Assembly: GCA_963795855.1 (NCBI GenBank)
Contig: CAWCIZ010000001.1
Span: forward strand, 256,001 to 320,000
From: Vulcanimicrobiota bacterium
GTDB lineage: Bacteria > Vulcanimicrobiota > Vulcanimicrobiia > Vulcanimicrobiales > Vulcanimicrobiaceae
DNA length: 64,000 bases
Direction: 5' to 3'
Made by a program: the position numbers and the translations under genes
Shown here: one piece after another, positions 24,830-33,886 of the stretch
Position numbering within the stretch: the stretch's first letter is position 1
How the letters are laid out: every line of letters starts with the position of its first letter
Notes under the pieces: generated by a model
Databases searched by the model: none
Told to the model about the DNA's origin: nothing
Seen by the model: only the letters and a program-made list of their open reading frames with translations

Positions 24830-24862
24830 CCTTTTCTCTGACTTCGGTCGTACGCTTGGAGC

Positions 24863-25324
24863 ATGAAGATATCCATATTGCGCTCCGGCGTCGCGGCACT
24901 CGCGCTCGGCGGTGTGCTGGCCTCGGCAACCGCGTTGCCCGCCAGTGCAAGCACCAACACCACGCGGAACATCATCTACGGCGCTGCCGCAGCTGCGGCC
25001 GCGTTCACGCTCTACAACGTGGAGCACAAGCATCAGCTTGCGACCACGGTGCAAGGGTATCTGCCCGACGGATCGACCGTCTACGCCGACGGCCGCGTCG
25101 TTTCGCCCAACGGATACTCGTGGTATCCGGGCAACAACGGCGAAACGGTCGCGTGCAGCAACCAATACTGCTCGATTAACGGCAACAACAACAACGGCTA
25201 CGGCTACAACAACAACGGTTACGGCTACAACAACAACGGCTACGGCTATAACAACAACGGCGGCTACTACAACGGGCCGTACGGCGCGACCGTTCGCCAT
25301 GCGCGGCGCGGTCACGGCGGCTAA
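24863..25324 (+). CDS. Secreted protein with C-terminal (GYGYNNN)n repeats
   Basis: Signal peptide ending ASA. TACGCT lies 6 nt upstream of the ATG (possible leaderless -10). Confidence 0.75.
   Translation: MKISILRSGVAALALGGVLASATALPASASTNTTRNIIYGAAAAAAAFTLYNVEHKHQLATTVQGYLPDGSTVYADGRVVSPNGYSWYPGNNGETVACSNQYCSINGNNNNGYGYNNNGYGYNNNGYGYNNNGGYYNGPYGATVRHARRGHGG
25185..25262 (+). repeat. 21-bp coding tandem repeat, about 3.5 copies (NNNGYGY)
   Basis: AACAACAACGG(C/T)TACGGCTA(C/T) units. Confidence 0.9.
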
Positions 25325-26736
25325 CGCGCAGCAGAGCGAGACAGCAGCGCCTCCACGGCGCGAAAGATGCGCGGCACGTACTGGTGTTTGTAGGATTCCG
25401 CAGGCTCGCGGCAATGCACGAGCAGCGCGGCATCCGCTTCAAACACCAGCACGTTGCCGTCCGGCATCAGCGCGCAATCGACTCCGGCGTAATCCAAGCC
25501 GAGCGCTCCCGCAACGTCCGTGAACGTCCGCTCCCAGTGCGCGAACACCGCGCGCGGCTCCCGCAAAAATCGTTCCTCCTCGGCACGCATCCAGTCCACG
25601 CTCGCCGTGGGCGTTTTGATGTAGTGCACCATCCACTCCGGTGAAATCGCCAGATGGTACGCGAACGGCACGCCGTCGACGAGCACCACCCGGTACTTGC
25701 GATAGTAGCCGTCCGCACTGCGGTAATCGACGAACGGTACGGCGTCGAAGCGGTCGTCGGGGTAGCGCGCCAGATACGCTGTCGCGCCGGCCGCATCGTC
25801 CAAGCGCTCGAGCCCGCGGCCGGCGTGCGTATCGATTGGCCGCGCCAAGAGCGGGAACTGCGTACAAGAAGCGAGTTCCTCACGCGCGATGCGCTGCGTG
25901 CGCGGAACGACGCAGCCGAAGACGCCTTTCAATGCATCCGCCAGATGCGGTCGAGCAGTTTTCCAAAGATGTGCCGGCTGGTTGAGAGCGGGCTTCTTTT
26001 GCTGCGTGATGAAGCGCTCGGCCCGCGCCAGCGCATCGTGCGCGCGTTCTGCTTCGCCAATCGCGTTGAAGACGACGTCGTACGGCGGCAGCGCAGCATC
26101 GATCGGATCCGCCGTCAGATAGAGCCGATCCAGTGCCGCCGCGCGCGGATCGATCATGAATTCGAGCGGCGTATTTTGCGCCCATGCGCCCGGAGCGTTC
26201 AAAACGAGAACGCGAACGCTCGCATTCGCCGAATCCGCGCCTGCCGGGTAGAATCGCTTTTGCGCTAGCGCCTGCGCGCGGTACGCTTCCGAAGCGCTCA
26301 TCTCGTCCAAATTGAAAAGCAATTCCGATAGCGCGAGCGCGGCATCGGGCTGCTGCGGATCGACGTCGAGCGATCGGCGGTACGCCGCAATCGCGAGCAG
26401 GACGTGATTGTCTCGCGCAAGGACGTTCGCGAGCGACGCCTGTGCGCTCGCATGGGCCGGATCCAGGCGCACGGCCTCTTCGAGAAGCGCGCGAAGGCGC
26501 TGCGTGGATTCGAATGCGGGCGCCGAGCCATAGCACTCCGCATACGCCGTGATGCGCGGTTCGAGCGCGAGCGCTTCCTCGAAGCGGCGCTGCGCAAGCA
26601 CCGGATCCGGACGCTGCGCGAGAGCCGTTTCACGTGCGGCGCGCGCATCCGCATTTTCGCGGTCGGTTCGCACCGCTGAGAACGCATACGCAATCGCTGC
26701 CGGCAGGTCTCCGCCGAGCAAACACAAGCGCGACAT
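25321..26736 (-). CDS. TPR + RimK-like ATP-grasp domain protein
   Basis: N-terminal TPR-like helices; RPIDTHAGRGL, YRKYRVV, HLAISPEWMVHY, LDYAGVDC, VFEAD. Confidence 0.8.
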   Translation of the reverse strand: MSRLCLLGGDLPAAIAYAFSAVRTDRENADARAARETALAQRPDPVLAQRRFEEALALEPRITAYAECYGSAPAFESTQRLRALLEEAVRLDPAHASAQASLANVLARDNHVLLAIAAYRRSLDVDPQQPDAALALSELLFNLDEMSASEAYRAQALAQKRFYPAGADSANASVRVLVLNAPGAWAQNTPLEFMIDPRAAALDRLYLTADPIDAALPPYDVVFNAIGEAERAHDALARAERFITQQKKPALNQPAHLWKTARPHLADALKGVFGCVVPRTQRIAREELASCTQFPLLARPIDTHAGRGLERLDDAAGATAYLARYPDDRFDAVPFVDYRSADGYYRKYRVVLVDGVPFAYHLAISPEWMVHYIKTPTASVDWMRAEEERFLREPRAVFAHWERTFTDVAGALGLDYAGVDCALMPDGNVLVFEADAALLVHCREPAESYKHQYVPRIFRAVEALLSRSAAR

Positions 26737-26846
26737 AAGAGCAAGAGCGCGCGCGTCGCGCGGCTCCCGCTCGAGATACTGAGCGCACGAGCGGAAGCTC
26801 GCGAGGTAATCCCGGCGAAGTTCCGCGTCCAGTGCGTCGTCGAGCG

Positions 26847-27521
26847 TTACGGCGAGAAGCCCTCCACGGTGAACGCGACGATTTCGTGCTTCTCGCGGTG
26901 ATTGCTCCAGAAGCGCGCGCCGTCGTACGCCAAAGCGCGTCCCTGAAAATTCACGTGCGCGACGTCTTCGGTTTTCGTCGAGCCGTTTCGTGCGTCGATG
27001 CGCGTGAGGAAATAGCGGTCGCTCTCTTCGTCATCCGTACCGAGCACGTAAAAGACGCCGCCTACGATCGCTTGTCCGCAAACGCCGTGCGGCGTGGCGA
27101 TCACCGAGCCCACGTTGCCGTTGGCGTCCAGCGAGAGAATCTTTTTGTTGTACCATTGGCTGACGTAAAGCCGGTCGCCGTCGAATGCGAGTTGCGAACC
27201 AGTGTCGTCGGGGCATTCGATCGCGCCTTCGTTGCTCTTGAAACCGTGCCCCGGGATATACCGGCGAATGACGCGATGGTCGTCCTCGCCCTCGGAAAGC
27301 AACACGCGCAGCTCATCGCCCATGACGGTGGCGCCGTACGGTTTGCCCGGTGCCGCGCGCTCTTCGCGAACCGTCCAATGCGCGATGTCGATGCTGTACA
27401 GCCGGCACGTTTGGAGCGAACCGATCCAGAGCAACTCGCCGTCGGCGGCGAGCGCTTGCGGCCGCGGCGCCGGCGAAGGCATCCGCATCACTTCCGTTAT
27501 CGTCTTCAGCGTCGTATCCAT
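26847..27521 (-). CDS. Hypothetical beta-propeller-like protein
   Basis: Repeated LAxDGxxLW/LY blade-like motifs. Confidence 0.65.
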   Translation of the reverse strand: MDTTLKTITEVMRMPSPAPRPQALAADGELLWIGSLQTCRLYSIDIAHWTVREERAAPGKPYGATVMGDELRVLLSEGEDDHRVIRRYIPGHGFKSNEGAIECPDDTGSQLAFDGDRLYVSQWYNKKILSLDANGNVGSVIATPHGVCGQAIVGGVFYVLGTDDEESDRYFLTRIDARNGSTKTEDVAHVNFQGRALAYDGARFWSNHREKHEIVAFTVEGFSP

Positions 27522-27637
27522 CCGTGCTACTTTGCCAGATGGCCGGGGTTCCCGCTACGGCAATGCCCTTGCATGGTTTCTCCGAGCAGGCGATGCCATT
27601 TTAGCGCCGCAACAGGACGAGCGGCTGGCGCGCGTGT

Positions 27638-30600
27638 ATGCCCATTTACATGAATCGGATTGCCGTACTCGTATGTGTCATGGTTTTGGCGCTGCCGTTT
27701 TCGACGCGCGCCGTCAACGCCGCGCCGCCCCAATCCTCGTTCGATAAATTGCAGTGGCGAAGCGTCGGACCGTTCGTCGGCGGACGCGTCGTCGCCGTTT
27801 CGGGCTCGCCGAACAATCCGAACCTGTTTTACATGGGCAGCGTAGACGGCGGCGTTTGGAAGAGCACGGATTACGGCGTGCATTGGGCCAACATCAGCGA
27901 CGGGAAGATTCCGGGCGGCGCCGACAGCATCGGTGCCATCGCCGTCGCACCTTCCGATCCGAACGTCATCTACGTCGGAACCGGTGAAGGCGATCCGCGC
28001 GGGACGATGGTGACGGGCGAAGGTGTATACAGATCGACCGACGGCGGGAAGACGTGGCAGTACGCGGGATTGCGCGACACGCACACCGTGACCGCGATAG
28101 CGATCGATCCGCGTGACGCGAACGTCGCCTACGTTTCCTCGCTCGGACACGTGTTCAAAGACAATCCGGATCGCGGCGTTTTCAAGACGACGGACGGCGG
28201 CAAGACGTGGAGTAAAGTGCTCTACGTCGATGCGAAGACCGGCGGCAACGACGTCGTGATCGATGCGAAGAATCCCAGCACGCTCTACGCGACGATGTGG
28301 CAGATGTACCGCACGCCGTGGAAGCTCTCGAGCGGCGGACCGGGCAGCGGTTTGTATAAATCGACGGACGCGGGCGCGCACTGGACGAAGCTTTCCGGCA
28401 ATCCGGGATTTGCGAAAGGCACGCTGGGCAAGATGGGCGTCGCGGTTTCACCGGCGGATCCGAACGTCGTGTACGCAATCGCGCAAGCGCACGAAGGCGG
28501 CGTGTTCCGGTCGGCGGACGGAGGCGCGACGTGGACGCGCGTAAACAGCGAGATGAAACTGCGCCAGCGGGCTTTTTACTACTTGGCGATTTTCGCCGAT
28601 CCGCAAAACGCCGAACACGGTGTACGCGCCGAACGTCGATGCGCTGTGGATTTCGCACGACGGAGGAAAGACGTGGCACGCGTCCCGTCCGCCGCACGGC
28701 GACAATCACATCGTGTGGGTGAATCCGCACGATTCCAACATCCTGCTCGAAGGCAATGACGGCGGCGCGACGGTTTCGACCGACGGCGGAAAAACGTGGA
28801 GCCCGGAACACAATCAGCCGACGGGGCAGTTCTATCACATTTCGATATCGACGGGCAATTTCCGTTCCACATTTACGGCGCGCAGCAGGACGAAGGGTCG
28901 ATCGAAGGCCCGAGTGCGACGAATCAGGGTGGCGATCCCGCCGGCGACTTGGCGAACCGTTGCGTATGGCGAGAGCACGTTCGTCGCGCCGCAACCCGGG
29001 AAACCCGAACATCACGTACGGCAGCGGCTATTTCAGCATCTTCCTCCGCTATGACATGCGCACCGGCGACATATCGAAGCGTGAGCCCGTGGCCGAATTA
29101 TCTGGAAGGCGCCACCAGCGCAGCAGCACAAGTACCGCTTCGCGTGGACGCACCCGATGCTGTTCTCCCCATCGAATCCGCACGAATTGCTCGCCGGCGC
29201 GCAATACGTGCTGAGCAGCACCGATCGCGGCCGCACGTGGCGCGAATTCTCAGCCCCGATCTGACGCGCAACGATCCCGCGACCGAAGGGCCCACCGGCG
29301 GCCCGATCGAGTTGGATCAAACCAGCGCCGAAGTCTATCCGTACGTCTCGGCTCTTGCGGCGTCTCGCCGCTCAATCGCAATCTGCTGTGGGCCGGATCG
29401 TCCGACGGGTTGGTGCATGTGACCACCGATCACGGCGCGCATTGGCGACGATTACGCCGCCGGGTCTGCCGCAGTACGCGGAGATCAGTTCGATCGAACC
29501 CTCGCACACGGCGCAAGGCACGGCATATCTCACCGCGCAGCGGTACATGTGGGACGACTTCCATCCGTATCGTCTACCGCACGACGATTACGGCGCGCAC
29601 TGGACGGCAATCACCAGCGGGATTCCCGGCGACGAATACGTATTCGTCATTCGGCAAGATCCGCATCAACCGAACCTGCTGTTCGCGGGAACGCGCACGA
29701 CGGTGTCACGTCGAGTTTCAACGGCGGCGCGCCGTGGCAGCCGCTCTCGCTGAATTTGCCGGGCGTTCAAGTGCGCGACATCGCAGATCGATTCGCGCTC
29801 AAGGGCAAGTAGCGATTGCAACGCACGGCCGCGCGTTTTGGGTGCTCGACGATTTGACGGTGCTCGAACAACTCGCGCGCGGAAGCAGCGACGTTCTCTT
29901 CGCGCCGCAAACCGCGTGGCTCACGCATATGTACGGCGGCGGCGCCTTTCCTCGCGCGGACAGCGGGCAAAATCCGCCGTTCGGCGCGACCGTGTTTTTC
30001 AACGTGCCGTCCAATTACAACGGAGGCACCCCCGCGTCGCTGACGTTCAGCGGACGCGAGCGGGCGAACCATCCGCACGTTCCCACTGCACTTAAAGCAA
30101 GGGCGGATCCCGCTGACGCCCGAAGCGCGCGAAAATATGTCGCCCGCGCAAATAAAAGCGGCGACGGAAGAGCAAGCGACGGGAATTGCGGCCGGCATGA
30201 ACCGCTTCCAGTGGGATCTGCGGTATCCCGATGCGACGGACGTTAGCGGATTCTACGTGCCCAGTGCGGCGGGCGGAGAAGACGATTTCCCGATCGGGCC
30301 GCAAGTCGTTCCGGGAAACTATCGCGTGACGTTGCGTTACGGTTCCCGCTCGTGGACGCAGCCGTTTACGGTGGCGCTCGACCCAAACTTACATAGAACT
30401 CCGGCAGCGCTCGCTGCGCGTTTTTCGCTGCAGATGCAGATACGCGATACGCTCGACTCGATGGACCGAGCCATAAATGCCGCGCTGGACGCGCAGCGCC
30501 GGCATGGCCGACGGCGCGCGAAAAACGGCGCTCGATGGCGAGATCGACAAGCTGGTGAACTTGCAGACGCACTCCAGCGAAGGCCCGCTCTCGACCGGCA

Positions 30601-30750
30601 CGCGCACCCGCGATCACCTGGCCTATCTGCAGTCCGACCTCGACTTCGGTTATAACAGTCCGACGGCGGCGCAGTACGCGGTGTTCGCACAGCCTGCACC
30701 GCGAGGCGGTGACCGGGATAGCGCGTCTCCGGGCCCTGACGCACTCATAG
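27638..30750 (+). CDS. Secreted BNR/Asp-box (VPS10/GH74-like) beta-propeller protein (frameshifted)
   Basis: Signal peptide; WRSVGP..GGR; many SxDGGxTW Asp-boxes; ATHGRAFWVLDD; GMNRFQWDLR. Confidence 0.88.
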
Positions 30751-30788
30751 CCGAAACTTTTGGGCTGCCGCACCGATAGTATGGGCAT

Positions 30789-31082
30789 ATGGCTCTTCCA
30801 GGCATGCTCTACAGCGCGGCGCGCAATTTCAAGCGCGCCTGGCCTCTCGTGCGCGACGAGCGCGTTCCCGTCGGCCTCAAAGCCGTTACGGGCATCCTTG
30901 CGCTCTTCATCATCTCGCCGCTCGACGTGTTCGGCGACATTCCGGTGCTCGGCATGCTCGACGACGCCGTGCTGCTGACGCTGCTGTGCATGCTGTTCGT
31001 GTGGCTGGCCACGCGAAGCATCGAGAAGAACGTCACGCCGCTCCCGCAGCGGCAAATCGGCGGACCGCCCGCGGTGCGCTAG
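30789..31082 (+). CDS. DUF1232/YkvA family protein
   Basis: ISPLDVFGDIPVLGMLDD. Confidence 0.85.
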   Translation: MALPGMLYSAARNFKRAWPLVRDERVPVGLKAVTGILALFIISPLDVFGDIPVLGMLDDAVLLTLLCMLFVWLATRSIEKNVTPLPQRQIGGPPAVR

Positions 31083-31553
31083 CGCCGTAGTTATGCCAAA
31101 GCTCAGAATCCGAAGCGTACGGCCGCCATGCTAAGCACGGCGGCCGTCATCAATTATTCTGCCGAAATTCGCTTGCTGCTGCGGGAGAATGGGACGGTAC
31201 GCAGGTCGTGCGACGCCTGCGCCTCATCGCCGAAAATCCGGGATAATGTACGCAAAGATCGCGTAAGCGAAAGATTGTCCATCGGGCAAAATACCTGCCC
31301 GAAAACGGTGCTTTCGGCTCAGAAACTGGGACGTTTGCACGAGCGTCAAAACCGAAACTTTGTCATTTTCGTGCGTAAAATCGTACCTGAATCAATTCGA
31401 CCATCGATCCGAAAACGTTCGTTTGGCTTTGCAGCATGCAAGCGAGCGTAGTGCAGAGTGCCCCGTACATGGCCTGCCGCTATGCACCCAGGAACGACTC
31501 TTCATGTACCGGTAGACGCCGCGCAAAAGCACACCCTAGGGGAGGACGGTCTT

Positions 31554-32975
31554 TTGCTTTTCAAACGTGTCCCATCGCTGCTTGCAGCGATTGGGCTAGT
31601 CGCTATTTTGCAAGGCTGCGGTGGGGGCAGCAGCAATGCAATTCCGGACACCGGAGCTAACGCTCCGGCCACTATACCCACGGATAGTTCTTCCGGCACT
31701 TTGCCGAGCAGCGCTTCCGCGGATCTTTCGCCGATGTCTTTGACGCTCGGCGCGACAACATATCCGACGAATACATTCATGCCCACGTCGACGACCGGCC
31801 GTATCAGCTCGTTTCAGATCTTCGACGAAACGGGCAACGGGATCATCAGCGCCGCAGCGGCGGCGGCCGACGGTTACCGGTATACCGCGGTATGGGGCGT
31901 ACGCCCGGGCATGGGAGCGACCTGGCGGGTAAGCAATGCGAGCCTGCGCAGTTCCTACTACTTCTTGGCGGACTCCGACATGAGCACCAGCGCCTGGGGC
32001 TACATTGGCCACTCGCTCGCGTGGTGGCAAGCCAATCATCCCAGCTGGATTCTGTACAAGTGCAACGCCACGACGAACGCGCCGACGAAGTCGCCTGCGT
32101 ACGATTCCGGTCTGCCCAACGTTCCGCTGGACATTCACAATCCCGCGGTCGTTGCGTACCAGATCGCGCAAGCCGGCGGGTACGCAGCTCGCACGGGTTA
32201 TAGCGCACTGGCTGCCGACGAGGTGACGTACTGGATTCCCGCGACGGGCGGAGCGGGCTATTACGGCTGCGGCATCTATTCCGGCGGCGTCTTCGTGCGC
32301 CGGTACAGCGGCGAAAACGATCCGAAATGGGCGACGGACTTGGTCAACTGGGTCAAAACCGCACATTCGATTGCGGCGAACACCTATCACCTCAAGTTCA
32401 TCGTGAATCACCCGGGCGGATATACCAACACGAACGAGGCGACGCTTCTCTCCAACGTCGACGCCGACATGGACGAGACCGGGTTCACGCGATACGGCAA
32501 GTATCAGGTCGGCGCGGGCACCATTCTCAATGAAGTGAAGTGGATGCAGTTCGCTCAGGCGCACGGCGCCGCGGTCCTCATCAATCAGGATTGGGGTTCG
32601 CTCGCGGTCGGCGCTCCGCAAAGGGACTACTCCGCGGCAACGTACCTGCTCGGCAACGAACAAGCCGCATCGGTATTCGTTACGCCGCATACCGGGTACG
32701 GCGTGGAAACGTTCTACCACCCCGAGTACGCCGCGGCTAATCTCGGCGCACCCTGCGGGGAGTACTACGCCGGAACTCGTCCCTCGATCTACTACCGCCG
32801 GTTCGCGAACGCGCTGGTGGTCGTGAACGCGGGCGGGACCGGTACGCAAACCGCAGCGCTTCCGAGCGGCCACAGGTGGACCGACTTGGAGGGACGCACG
32901 GTCAGCAATCCGCTCAGTTTGCCGATCGCGGCGAACGACGGCTACGTCCTGAAGACGACCAACGGCTGCCACTAG
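31554..32975 (+). CDS. Lipoprotein, putative glycoside hydrolase (GHL15-like)
   Basis: GGAGG then TTG at 31554; lipobox LQGC; WWQANHPSWIL, ATYLLG, LGAPCG, YYRRFANALVVVN. Confidence 0.6.
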   Translation: MLFKRVPSLLAAIGLVAILQGCGGGSSNAIPDTGANAPATIPTDSSSGTLPSSASADLSPMSLTLGATTYPTNTFMPTSTTGRISSFQIFDETGNGIISAAAAAADGYRYTAVWGVRPGMGATWRVSNASLRSSYYFLADSDMSTSAWGYIGHSLAWWQANHPSWILYKCNATTNAPTKSPAYDSGLPNVPLDIHNPAVVAYQIAQAGGYAARTGYSALAADEVTYWIPATGGAGYYGCGIYSGGVFVRRYSGENDPKWATDLVNWVKTAHSIAANTYHLKFIVNHPGGYTNTNEATLLSNVDADMDETGFTRYGKYQVGAGTILNEVKWMQFAQAHGAAVLINQDWGSLAVGAPQRDYSAATYLLGNEQAASVFVTPHTGYGVETFYHPEYAAANLGAPCGEYYAGTRPSIYYRRFANALVVVNAGGTGTQTAALPSGHRWTDLEGRTVSNPLSLPIAANDGYVLKTTNGCH

Positions 32976-32992
32976 ACAGCTCCGGGCGTCAG

Positions 32993-33032
32993 CAAAAAGG
33001 GAGTCGCGTGCGAACGCGACTCTCTTTTTATT
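32993..33032. terminator. Bidirectional intrinsic terminator
   Basis: AAAAA-GGGAGTCGCGT-GCGA-ACGCGACTCTC-TTTTT between convergent genes. Confidence 0.85.
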
Positions 33033-33046
33033 GCGAGGTGTCGCCG

Positions 33047-33885
33047 CTACATGACGTCCAGAGCGAAGACCGCCGCGTCTTCGCGCAAAACCCCGTCGAC
33101 GAAGAGCGCAACCCCGATTTCGCCGGTCCAGAGCGAGTACGAGGGCATGCCGAATCGCGCGCGCCACTCTGCAGCCTGCGCGATCGCGTGCATAGCGAAG
33201 CGCCGCGCGCGTTCCAGCCACGCCGTGTCCCCGGTGCGCTGAAAAACGCGAAGCAGCGCATACCCGTTGCCCGCGGTACCGTGGCAGAAACCCGGTCCCT
33301 TTTTCAACGGCCCGGCTTTCCAAATCGCGCGTCCGCCGCGCAGCACGGCGTCCTCAATGACCGGATCGCCCGGTGCGTACGATCCGAGCGCGATGAGGAC
33401 ACCCGGCGCGCCGTGACACCACTGCATGCGGTTACCGCTCGTGGGTTCGCCCATCGAGATCCAATTCTCCGCGTCCCCATCTTCCAGTGCGTACCGTGTG
33501 AGAAGACCGGTGATTCGCCGATGCAATTCTTCATGCCGCGTCTGCGGCAACAGGTCAAGCGCGCGAACGAACGGCGCGAGGTTTCCGAATGCGCCGTGGC
33601 CTGCGCCGACGTAGCGCTGCTTCTTGCCGTACATGTCTTGCAGCCACAGAAGCGGATGTTGCCTCGGATAGGCCAACTCTCCCACAGTTCCTCTTGAATG
33701 GCGTGCAGTACGTCGTCGAACCGCCGATCGCCCGTTGCTTCACGCACGAGGAGCGCCGCGAGCGCGCTGCCGGAGGAACCCAAAACCTTCACGAGTCGGG
33801 TTGCCGACGTTGCGCCGTATCTCTCGCTCGAGACGGTCCTTTCGGCTACAGGAACGCTCCGCACTGCGCCTAACGCTTGCCGCAT
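33047..33885 (-). pseudogene. LanC-like (lanthionine synthetase C family) protein, apparently 5'-truncated and frameshifted
   Basis: GAGHG, QWCHGAPG and GFCHGTAGNG motifs. Only about 280 codons are available before the divergent gene. Confidence 0.7.
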
Positions 33886-33886
33886 C

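Noticed and set aside
30783..30788. GGGCAT before the DUF1232 gene as another stress promoter
   Set aside because: It mismatches the motif and abuts the ATG directly, so it is too weak to count.
24863..33885. RiPP cluster (ATP-grasp graspetide or LanC lanthipeptide with repeat precursor)
   Set aside because: The repeat protein lacks D/E and S/T/K cores and has a Sec signal. There is no LanB/LanM or precursor near LanC, and the genes are not co-oriented.
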